Positions 42,298 through 50,837 of a stretch of 64,000 bases of DNA are shown piece after piece. The position numbers and the translations under genes are program-made. Location of the stretch: the NCBI GenBank assembly GCA_965248355.1, contig OZ252098.1:672001-736000 (forward strand). Direction: 5' to 3'. The notes under the pieces were generated by a model. It was not told where the DNA came from. It did no database searches and was given only the letters and a program-made list of their open reading frames with translations. Positions within the stretch are counted from its first letter, which is position 1. Each line of letters opens with the position of its first letter. Origin of the DNA: Candidatus Latescibacterota bacterium (GTDB taxonomy: Bacteria; Latescibacterota; UBA2968; UBA8231).

Positions 42298-43545
42298 GTG
42301 AAACCCTCGGAACTACGCGAACTGATAGCCGGCGGCGAGAACTCCGGACTGGAGTTCAAGCGGGATGATCTGCGCCCGGAGCAACTGGCTCGGGATGTGG
42401 TGGCGCTAGCCAACTTCCAAGGGGGCCGCGTCCTTCTCGGCGTGGAAGACGACGGCGCCATCACCGGTATACGGAGAACAGATCTCGAACAATGGGTGAT
42501 GGACTCCGTGTTCGGGCGCCTGGTTCATCCGATGATACTGCCGTTCTACGAGGAAGTTCCGGTCGATGCTGTTCGCCGAGTCGCGGTTGTCACTGTCACC
42601 CAGGGGGCCACCAAACCCTACGTCGTCCGGCATCGCGGCGGAGAAGAGATCTACATACGGGTCGGCAGCACCTCCCGGCGAGCCTCGCGTGAGCAGCAGG
42701 CGCGCCTCTTCGCGGCCGGTGGGTTGATTCACACGGAGCTGTTGCCCGTTTCCGGCAGCGGCCTGTGCGATCTGAGCCGGGAACGGCTGGCGGATTATCT
42801 CACCGCCATCGTCCGCGACCGGGAAGTGCCGGAGGACGACGAGACATGGAACGAGCGGCTCTGCGCGCTGGGATTCATGGCCGAGCGGGAAGACGGCCCG
42901 CCCGTCTGTACGATCGCCGGATTGATCCTGTTCGGCTACCGGCCCCGCCGCCTCCTGCGCCATGCCGGCATCCGCTGGATGTGCTTTGAGGGGCAGGAGA
43001 AGAGCTACGATGCCCTCGACGATCAAGTGATCGAAGGGCCGCTCGTCGATCTTTGGCAGGTGCTCTCAGGGGGGCGTGAACTGGTGGAGAAGGGACTGAT
43101 CGAACGCCTTGCCGATGCGATGCGGCCCTTCGTATCGGAGGAGGCCGGCCAGGTCGCAGAATCGATGCGCCGGGAACGACGCTGGCACTATCCGCTGGAA
43201 GCGCTGCGCGAAGGCGTTGTAAACGCTCTCACTCACCGGGACTGGACGCGGTACGAGGAGATCGAGGTGGTCCGCTACTCGGACCGGTTGGAGATACTCA
43301 GCCCCGGCGCGCTGCAGAACGGCATGACCGTCGAGAAAATGGTCGCCGGCCAGCGGGTGCCCCGCAATCTGCTCATCTCCGAGACCTTGCGGGACTACAG
43401 CTATTCCGATGCGCGCGGCATGGGGGTGCGGAACAAGATCATCCCGTTGATGCGGGCCCACAACGGCGTCGACCCGGAGTTCGAGGCGACGGAGGACTAC
43501 CTGCGGTTGACGCTGAGGCGGGGGTCGGGCAAGGGTTCAGCATGA
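42298..43545 (+). CDS. AlbA_2 (Schlafen-like) domain + HATPase_c_4 (RecG C-terminal-like) protein
   Basis: GENSGLEFK, VALANFQGG..LLGVEDDG, YIRVGS, ALREGVVNALTHRD, ILSPG, RN and GMGV. Confidence 0.85.
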   Translation: MKPSELRELIAGGENSGLEFKRDDLRPEQLARDVVALANFQGGRVLLGVEDDGAITGIRRTDLEQWVMDSVFGRLVHPMILPFYEEVPVDAVRRVAVVTVTQGATKPYVVRHRGGEEIYIRVGSTSRRASREQQARLFAAGGLIHTELLPVSGSGLCDLSRERLADYLTAIVRDREVPEDDETWNERLCALGFMAEREDGPPVCTIAGLILFGYRPRRLLRHAGIRWMCFEGQEKSYDALDDQVIEGPLVDLWQVLSGGRELVEKGLIERLADAMRPFVSEEAGQVAESMRRERRWHYPLEALREGVVNALTHRDWTRYEEIEVVRYSDRLEILSPGALQNGMTVEKMVAGQRVPRNLLISETLRDYSYSDARGMGVRNKIIPLMRAHNGVDPEFEATEDYLRLTLRRGSGKGSA

Positions 43546-43626
43546 GTGGACGTCGGAGCGCGGACAGTCGGTTCCGATCCCACTGTCCCGAGGGCCTTGA
43601 TGACGAGTGAACGCAAGACGCACTCG

Positions 43627-43705
43627 GCTGGGGCCCGTGTGAGCATGGACGATCGCGGCTGAATGCTGGGAGAATGTCGCCATCGAGAGGCTGTGGCGCT
43701 CCTTC
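43627..43705 (+). pseudogene. Tiny decayed IS3-family integrase-core remnant
   Basis: Translates, with a stop and a frameshift, to VSMDDRG* / ENVAIERLWRS, resembling the IS3-family ISMDGxG...NxxIERLWRS motif. Confidence 0.5.
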
Positions 43706-43783
43706 CGTACCCCCGCTCGGTCCCCTCGCTGAGCCGCGCACGGCCAGCTTTCCGTGGGCGAAGGCATGATCTCGTCCGGGAAA

Positions 43784-43811
43784 TTGACCAAGGACTTGCT
43801 CCGCCTATTAT
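43784..43811 (+). promoter_or_regulatory. Putative sigma-70 promoter, probably the native promoter of the SNF2 operon
   Basis: TTGACC-N16-TATTAT about 65 bp upstream of the pre-insertion position of the helicase start codon. Confidence 0.5.
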
Positions 43812-44701
43812 CTGGTACCGAAGTCTTTCAGCTACGCGGCGCGACGATAGACTGCCGGGATTGGTCTGCTGCTCCATGCCTAGGGCAAGTCCCATTTTCA
43901 GTTGAAACGTAGCCCAGGCTCGAGTGGATGAGTCAGCCCGTCATCGCGAGCTGTTTGAGGCCGAGTTCGGCTTGGAGCGCTTGTCGGAGCATCGGCAGGT
44001 GGTGGTAACCGTTGATCCGGCGCAGGCGAGGTTCGATGTCGAGCAACGCCGTGGCGACCCAGCGGTGACGCTGCGACGAGTTCGTCCAGCGCCGCACGTT
44101 GTGCGTCAACTGCTCCAGGAGACTGTTGACGTTCTCGATACAGTTGGTGGTACGGAAGGAGGCCTTCAGCATCGGCATCAGGCCCAGGCGGTGGAGCGTG
44201 AGGGTTTCTTGCTGGCCTTCCTCCAAGCTGCGCAGGGCCGACTGGTTCATCAACTGCAACCCCGGTTTCAGCGCCTCCAGGGCGGCTTGGGCCTCCTCGT
44301 ACGTCGAGTGCCCATACGCCGCTTCCAGCTTTCGACGAAGGCCGGCCTGCTCGCTCTTGGGCAGGTACGAGACCACGTTCTGGCGCTTGTGATACTGGCA
44401 TCGCTGCACGCAGGCATGGCCCTGGAGCACCGACCGCACTGCCTTGTACAGGCCCTTGCCTCCATCGATCACCACGAGCAGCCCGGCCTCGTATTGCAGG
44501 CCCCGCTCGACCAACTCCGCCAGGAAGCGACGACAGACGCGCTCGTTCTCGGTCGCCGCCTGCACGAAACCCAGAGGGATCTTGTGTCCTTCCACAGTGA
44601 CGCCCAGGGCGATGAGGATTTCCTCGTCGGCAAAGCTCTTGCCGTCCAGAAACAGCGCCACCAGGTCGTAGCCTTCCAGGGATCGCTGCTGGAATTCGGC
44701 C

Positions 44702-46257
44702 GGGTGTAGCCTTCACTTTACGCAGATTGTCGATAAAAGGGGGACCCCAAGTCCGGGCACGAATGTATCTTTGGGTGTAAGGACTTACGCCCAAACCCGG
44801 AAAGGGGTCCCTGATGGAAGATACGAAGGATTTTCACGCTCGCCTGACAAAGTTCGAGGAAAATGTCCTCCAGTGGGAGCATCGCCCGCAATCCCCGGAG
44901 GCCGGCCCGGAGGACTTTCGCGAGAGGGTGAGCGAGTTGCGAGATGCTTTGGACGACCTCGGTCGAATCGGTTTCCAACGGCTGGCGCAGGCGTGCGAGA
45001 TCGCCGACGACACCGTGGTCCACCACGGTCGGGTCTACCGGTTCAAGCAAGTGGTCCACAAGGAATGGATGACCCTGTGGGGCAAGGTCCAGGTGCCGCG
45101 TCGGCTGTATCAGCCCGATCGGGGCGGCCCCAGCCGGGTGCCCTTGGATGAGCGCTGCGGCATGGTCCACCGATTCATGGTGCCGGCGCTGGAGCGTTTC
45201 ACGGCCTTTCTGGGCGCCCGCCTGGTCCCGGCCGAAGTCGAGGCCAGCTTGGCCGAGCTGTTGCCGGCGTCCCCGTCGCGCACCGCCATTCAGCATCTGT
45301 TGACCACCGTCGGTCAGTACGCCGAGGACCACGCCGAGCAACTCGAGCTGGCCTTGCAGGAGGCGGCGCCCCTAAAGACCGAGGGCGACACCCTGGTGGT
45401 CAGTTGGGACGGCGTCACCGTGCCGCTGCGGGAGCCGGCGCCGAAACGCGGACGGCCCGCCGAACGACCGACGGATCCCGACCCCGACCGCGCGCCCACC
45501 GCCTGGAAGGAGGCCGGGGTAGGGATGGTCGCCACGTATGGGACGCCGCTGGACCCGGCGACGGAAGACCCCCAACGCGTCGATGTGCGCTACGCCGCGC
45601 GCATGCCGGAGCCCAAGATGAAGACCCTGGTCCACGGCTTGGTGGAGGAGACGGCCCGGGCCCTGCAGCGGGGGGAGTATGACCACCGGGTGGTGTTGGC
45701 CGACGGCCAGCGCCAGATCTGGCGCAGCGTGGATCGGCAGCCGGTGTTCGACGGCTTCACCCGGATTCTCGACTTCTATCACGCGGCCCACCACCTGTCA
45801 AAGGCCGCCGAGCCCCTCTTCGGCAAGCGGTCGTCGAAAGCGGCTCGCTGGTACCGATCCTGGCGGCACAAACTGCGTCATGAGCCCGGGGCCGTTCAGG
45901 GCCTGATCCGCTCCCTGGCCTACCACCGCCGCAACCTTCGTCCCGGCTCCCAACGCCATCGTCAGGTGACCACCGAGCTGGGCTACTTCCGGAACAACCG
46001 GGACAAGATGGACTACGCGCGCTATCGCGCTTCGGGGTTGATCCTCTCCAGTGGTCCCGTGGAGGCCGCCGCCAAGACCCTGGTCGGCCATCGACTCAAA
46101 CGCAGCGGCATGCGCTGGACCCGCCAAGGAGGCCAGCAGATCCTCAATCTACGAGTCCACGTGCAATCCCAACGATGGGAGGCCTTCTGGAACTGGTACC
46201 TCCATCAGACTACACAACAGACCGACAAGACGGCTGCGTAAAACCGAGGCTACACCC
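44702..46257 (+). mobile_element. ISKra4-like (ISKra4/ISLre2 group) insertion sequence
   Basis: 24-bp inverted repeats GGGTGTAGCCTTCACTTTACGCAG and CTGCGTAAAACCGAGGCTACACCC. Perfect 8-bp duplication ATTCGGCC at 44694-44701 and 46258-46265. Confidence 0.88.
44814..46241 (+). CDS. ISKra4-like DDE transposase
   Basis: SWDG, LADG, ILDFYHA, MDY...SGPVEAA and RLKRSGMRW. Confidence 0.88.
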   Translation: MEDTKDFHARLTKFEENVLQWEHRPQSPEAGPEDFRERVSELRDALDDLGRIGFQRLAQACEIADDTVVHHGRVYRFKQVVHKEWMTLWGKVQVPRRLYQPDRGGPSRVPLDERCGMVHRFMVPALERFTAFLGARLVPAEVEASLAELLPASPSRTAIQHLLTTVGQYAEDHAEQLELALQEAAPLKTEGDTLVVSWDGVTVPLREPAPKRGRPAERPTDPDPDRAPTAWKEAGVGMVATYGTPLDPATEDPQRVDVRYAARMPEPKMKTLVHGLVEETARALQRGEYDHRVVLADGQRQIWRSVDRQPVFDGFTRILDFYHAAHHLSKAAEPLFGKRSSKAARWYRSWRHKLRHEPGAVQGLIRSLAYHRRNLRPGSQRHRQVTTELGYFRNNRDKMDYARYRASGLILSSGPVEAAAKTLVGHRLKRSGMRWTRQGGQQILNLRVHVQSQRWEAFWNWYLHQTTQQTDKTAA

Positions 46258-46872
46258 ATTCGGCCAGCTTGCGCGCCGTGCCTTTCACATACCGGCGAGA
46301 GACCGAGGAACGGGACAGACCGAAGGCTTGCGGGACGGTCTCGGCGCAGGCCTCGTAGTTGCGCGTGGCCAGGCCCTTCAGCACCCGCAACAACAGCCCC
46401 TGATCCATCTGCCTCGGCGTCTGCAGGGCCTGGTAGGCCTCCAGCGGGACCTCGGTGCCGCGGACCACATCGCGCACGCGCGGCACCTCGACCGGCAGTT
46501 TCTGATCGCCCAGGTACACCGACCCGGCCTGCGCCCCCCAGCGGCGCAACGGCTGATCCGGCCCCTTGCGCTGATACCGAGGTCCGGCCAGGGCCTCCAC
46601 GCCCCGTCGCAGCTCCTCCCCAACCGCCTGCAGCCCCAGGGGGATCAGCAGCTGGATGATCTCGATGCGAGTCTCCAGATCGTCCATCGACGCGGTGGCT
46701 TGGCGGTTCACGGGGCCGATGGTCACGGTCCGTTTGACGCCCCTTTTCCGTGCTTGTAGCTTGCTCATGGCAGGCTCCTTGGGTTACCGAATACGAGGCT
46801 TCTTGGCGATTTCTCGTATCAAACGTAACGATGGGAGCCTGTGTTATTTCAACTAAGATCGGGACAATGCCC

Positions 46873-49848
46873 ATGCCTATGCACCCCATCCATCGCCGTT
46901 ACCACGCAGAAGAGTTGGTCCGCCTCCGGCGCGCTGGGGAACGTCGAAGGCAGGTAGCGTCACAACGCCGTGGGCGGATCGACCCCAACCCGCACCAGAT
47001 CGACGCCGTGATGTTCGCGCTCCGCCGCATCCCAGAGGGCGGCTGCATCCTCGCGGACGAGGTCGGGCTCGGCAAGACCATCGAAGCCGGCCTCGTCATC
47101 GCGCAACTGCTGGCAGAGGGGGCCACGCGGATTCTCATCATCTTGCCGCGCCCTCTACTCGGACAGTGGCACCAGGAACTCTACACGCTTTTCGGCATTG
47201 AGGCCGTCGAGGCGACGGATGCCGCTGTGGACATTGCAGGCTCCGGCGTGTTCCTCGTCGGGCGGGAATACGCAGGCGGTAACGCGGGGTTCGAACGCCT
47301 ACGGGGATCCCCGCCGTTCGATCTCTGTCTGATCGACGAAGCCCACGAGGTATTCGCGGGTATCCACCGTCGGTTCGACCGCGACGGAGTTTACGACGAA
47401 GACAGCCGATACGCGCGCACGGCGCATCGGGTGCGAAAAATCATCGGCGCGTCACCGGTACTGCTGCTGACCGCGACGCCAATTCAGAATACGCTCGCCG
47501 AATTGTGGGCGCTTGTCCAATACGTTGATCGTACCGGCACGCTGCTCGGCGCGAAACCCGTGTTCGAAGGTCTTTTCTGCTCCGGCGGCGATGGCCGCGG
47601 CGTCGCTGCGGAACAGGCTCAGGAACTCAAGCGCCGGCTCGGCACCGTCGTTCAACGCACGCTGCGCCGCCAAGCTCAGGATTTCCTTGACAAGCCGTTC
47701 GTCGGCCGCCGGGCTCAGCTCTTCGAGTATCGCATGAGTCCGGCCGAGCGGGCCCTGTACGACGATGTCATCGGGTATCTGTTGAGCCCCAGGCTGTATG
47801 CTTTTCACGGCCGTTCGCGGCAGTTGCTCCTGCTCGGCTTCCACCGACGCATGGCGTCTTCCACGGTCGCGCTGGCCACGAGTCTCGATCGTGTAGCGGA
47901 CCGATTGCGGGCCATGTTGGAGGGCAGCACAGAACAGGGCACGGGTGCTGTTTTTGCGGAAGATCTCGAAGACGATCCGATGGAGGCGCCGGCAAACGAC
48001 AACGTCGACCCGCAAGTCACCGAAGCGGCCAGAGTGACGGCGTTGGACGGCGCCGCGGTGTGCGGAGAGTTGGCGCTCGTGGAAGACTTCGCGCGGCGAG
48101 CCCACGCGCTGCCTCGGGACAGCAAGGCCCAAAGCTTGGTTACTGCGGTGCGCCTCGTCATGGACCGCCCCGAGGATCGGCGCAAGGTGGTGATCTTCAC
48201 GGAATCGCTTACCACTCAAGACTACCTGCGTGGGCTACTTCTCGACCAGACAGAACTCGTGGACGGTGACATCACACTCTTTCGGGGAATCAACGACTCG
48301 CCCCGGGCGCTCACCGCGCTCAAGGTCTGGCGCGAAGAGGTCGAGCCTGACATCGCGCACCACCTACGGCCGAGTCCGACCGTTGCTGTGCGCCTCGCCC
48401 TAGTGCATGAGTTCCGCACACGCTCCGCAGTGCTGATCTCGTCAGAGGCCGGGGCTAAGGGCCTCAACCTGCAGTTCTGCGATACTGTCGTCAACTACGA
48501 TTTGCCGTGGAATCCGCAACGCATTGAGCAGCGCATCGGCCGTTGCCACCGTTACGGTCAGCAGCGCGACGTCACCGTGATCAACTTCCTCGCCAAGGAC
48601 AACGAGGCGGAGCGCCTCACGTTCGACATACTCAGCACCAAACTCGATCTGTTCGGCAAGGTGCTCGACATGTCCGATGTAGTGCTCCAGACGCCGCGCT
48701 CGGATTCGTCCGAGGAGTTGGCCTCGGCGCTCGGCCCGGACTTCGAGGCCGAGGTGCGCCGCATCTGGGACCGGGCGCGGTCGGTGCAGGAGGTCGAGGA
48801 CGAGTTGCGCCGCCTGCGCGACACGCTGGAAGAACGCCGACAAGAACTGGAGCAAGTGCGTGGACGCACGATGGGGCTCATCGAAGAGAGCCTCGACGAG
48901 TCCGTGCGCGAAGTCTTCTGCCGCATCCAATCCGACCTGCCGGCAACCCTCGCCGAACTCGATGAGGAACTCGAGCGCGTGCTAACAGCCTATCTCAATG
49001 CAGCGGGCGTTGCCTGGGGTGCCTCTGAGCGAAACGGGCGCCGGGTGTTCCACATCGGAGCTTCTCGGCGCCTCCCAAGGCACACTGCCGCTGGCGTGAC
49101 GGTGGCCCTCGGCTCTGCGCGTGATCTTGCCGACATCGAGTCGCTGCACCTCGCCCATCCGCTGATCGAAGCTGCGGTCGCCGAAGCCCGCCGGGCTGGC
49201 GCTGGCGCTTTCCGTGTTCGTTTCCGTCTCGGCGCCGACGCTCCCGAAGTATTGCGGCGGCATCTTGGCGCTCGTGGCCGCTTGGCGCTGACGAAGGTCA
49301 TCCATCGCGGTTTCGAGGCGGAGGATCGGCTCCGCGTTACAGCCGTGTTCGAAGATGCGGAAGTCCTGCGTCCGGCGGAGGCGGCACTTGATCTGCTGCA
49401 CCAACATGCCGAAGACGTGGGTGTCTTCGATCCGCCGCTCGCTGTGACCGCCGAACACTTGGACGAGGTAGTCGGCGAGGAGATGTTTCTCGATCACTGC
49501 GTGGTCGCGCCCGGCGACCGCTCGGCCTTTGAGGAGGCCATGGACCAGCTCGACCAGTTCGTTGCCGACCGTGTCCTGGTATTGCGCCGGCTCCGGGACC
49601 AACACGCTAAGCGCCTCGCCGCCGCCGAGCACCAGCGTGATCGGGCACTAGGTTTGGACAACCGGAAAAAGGCAGAGGCGCGTATACGCGCCGAGGAGAC
49701 CAGGATCGATGAACTTGACGCGCAGGTCGCGCAACTTGCCGCGCGCGAAGACGACACGTACCGACGCTGGAAGGAGGCCGCGCACCGTCGCCGCTTTCAG
49801 CGTCCGGAAACAGAGCGGCTGCTGACGGCGGAGTTTGTTATCGAGTGA
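46873..49848 (+). CDS. SNF2-family (RapA/HepA-like) helicase with a long C-terminal extension
   Basis: PHQ, ILADEVGLGKT, DEAH, LTATP, VIFTE, EAGAKGLNLQ and YDLPWNPQRIEQRIGRCHRYGQ. The ATG lies in the IS256 target duplication. Confidence 0.92.
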   Translation: MPMHPIHRRYHAEELVRLRRAGERRRQVASQRRGRIDPNPHQIDAVMFALRRIPEGGCILADEVGLGKTIEAGLVIAQLLAEGATRILIILPRPLLGQWHQELYTLFGIEAVEATDAAVDIAGSGVFLVGREYAGGNAGFERLRGSPPFDLCLIDEAHEVFAGIHRRFDRDGVYDEDSRYARTAHRVRKIIGASPVLLLTATPIQNTLAELWALVQYVDRTGTLLGAKPVFEGLFCSGGDGRGVAAEQAQELKRRLGTVVQRTLRRQAQDFLDKPFVGRRAQLFEYRMSPAERALYDDVIGYLLSPRLYAFHGRSRQLLLLGFHRRMASSTVALATSLDRVADRLRAMLEGSTEQGTGAVFAEDLEDDPMEAPANDNVDPQVTEAARVTALDGAAVCGELALVEDFARRAHALPRDSKAQSLVTAVRLVMDRPEDRRKVVIFTESLTTQDYLRGLLLDQTELVDGDITLFRGINDSPRALTALKVWREEVEPDIAHHLRPSPTVAVRLALVHEFRTRSAVLISSEAGAKGLNLQFCDTVVNYDLPWNPQRIEQRIGRCHRYGQQRDVTVINFLAKDNEAERLTFDILSTKLDLFGKVLDMSDVVLQTPRSDSSEELASALGPDFEAEVRRIWDRARSVQEVEDELRRLRDTLEERRQELEQVRGRTMGLIEESLDESVREVFCRIQSDLPATLAELDEELERVLTAYLNAAGVAWGASERNGRRVFHIGASRRLPRHTAAGVTVALGSARDLADIESLHLAHPLIEAAVAEARRAGAGAFRVRFRLGADAPEVLRRHLGARGRLALTKVIHRGFEAEDRLRVTAVFEDAEVLRPAEAALDLLHQHAEDVGVFDPPLAVTAEHLDEVVGEEMFLDHCVVAPGDRSAFEEAMDQLDQFVADRVLVLRRLRDQHAKRLAAAEHQRDRALGLDNRKKAEARIRAEETRIDELDAQVAQLAAREDDTYRRWKEAAHRRRFQRPETERLLTAEFVIE

Positions 49849-50837
49849 ACGACGCGGCCGGAAAAGTCCAGGATGCAGAGGAGAGAGACGTGGCGCTGAC
49901 GTTGCTGCACACCGCTGACTGGCACCTCGGCCGCCGCTTTCCCGCGTTCGGCCCCGACCAGGAGCTACGTCTGACCCGGGCCCGCTTGGAGGTCGTCGGC
50001 CGCATTCTGGACTTGGCGGACAGCCGCGCGGTCGATGCAGTGCTCTGCGCCGGCGATCTGTTCGATCAACCGGTGCCGGACCGGGAGTGGTGGGACGGCG
50101 TCCTGAAAGAGTTTCAGCGCCGGGATTGGCAGCGCCCGGTGCTGTTGCTGCCGGGCAACCATGACCCGCTAACACCGCGTTCCCTCTATCACCACGACCA
50201 CCCGTTCCGAACCGGACTACCCGGCTACGTGCACATCGTCGATAGGCCAGGGTGGCAACTGCAGCTCGGCGAGAACGCCGACTACCTCGCCATCGGCGAC
50301 ACCCACGCCTTCCGCGATGTTGAGCCGGACGCGCCTAGGCCCACGGTTTACCCGGGCGCGCCGGAAGCCACCAACTTCGGTGAAAAGAACACATGCAACG
50401 TGGCCATCGTCTTCTTCCCTCTTGATCGCCGTCGCCGTGCCTTAGTCCGGCCCGAAGTGGTTGGCTCCTGGACTTGGCGTGAAACGACCTGCCGGTCTAT
50501 GGCGGAACTGCGCGCGCTCAGCGTGGCACCGGATCTGCGCAGGACCGTGCTGCGCCTGACCCTCGACATGGCATTGCCCATGGCCGAGTACGACGAGGCG
50601 GAGCGCATCCTGGGCGAACTCGGTGGCTCCATGGCCACAACGCCGCGGGTCGGCGTCCTCGTCGTGGACCGCACCGGGCTGCGACTCGCCAAGGATGCAC
50701 CCATCGAGTTCGGCACCGAACTGCCGCCCGTCCTGCTCGCCGCCGTGGGCAGGTTGCAAGCTCACGCCGAGAACGAACCCGCGCTTGCAGAGCGTGCCCT
50801 GCACCATCTTTACCGCTTGGCGCGGGAGACAGGTTGA
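49845..50837 (+). CDS. Mre11/SbcD-like nuclease (metallophosphoesterase), probably with an in-frame internal deletion
   Basis: HTADWHLG, AGDLFD, LPGNHD, DYLAIGDTH and YPGAPE. The His-Gly motif segment between GNHD and DYLAIGD is absent. Start is GTG 49845 (GTGA overlap) or GTG 49890. Confidence 0.82.
   Translation: MNDAAGKVQDAEERDVALTLLHTADWHLGRRFPAFGPDQELRLTRARLEVVGRILDLADSRAVDAVLCAGDLFDQPVPDREWWDGVLKEFQRRDWQRPVLLLPGNHDPLTPRSLYHHDHPFRTGLPGYVHIVDRPGWQLQLGENADYLAIGDTHAFRDVEPDAPRPTVYPGAPEATNFGEKNTCNVAIVFFPLDRRRRALVRPEVVGSWTWRETTCRSMAELRALSVAPDLRRTVLRLTLDMALPMAEYDEAERILGELGGSMATTPRVGVLVVDRTGLRLAKDAPIEFGTELPPVLLAAVGRLQAHAENEPALAERALHHLYRLARETG

Larger units (their letters stand above)
43933..46768 (-). 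pseudogene. IS256 (Mutator-type) transposase split in two: 46258-46768 and 43933-44701
   Basis: The halves rejoin as ARKLAEFQQRSLEGYDLVALFLDG. Also IDGGKGL, QRCQYHK and TTNCIEN. Confidence 0.88.
43883..46871 (-). mobile_element. IS256-family element interrupted by a nested IS
   Basis: Imperfect inverted repeats GGGCAAGTCCCATTTTCAGTTGAAA and TTTCAACTAAGATCGGGACAATGCC. Target duplication CATGCCTA at 43875-43882 and 46872-46879. Confidence 0.9.

Noticed and set aside
46750..46872. N-terminal extension of the SNF2 helicase
   Set aside because: Lies inside the IS256 end. The native start is in the duplicated target site.
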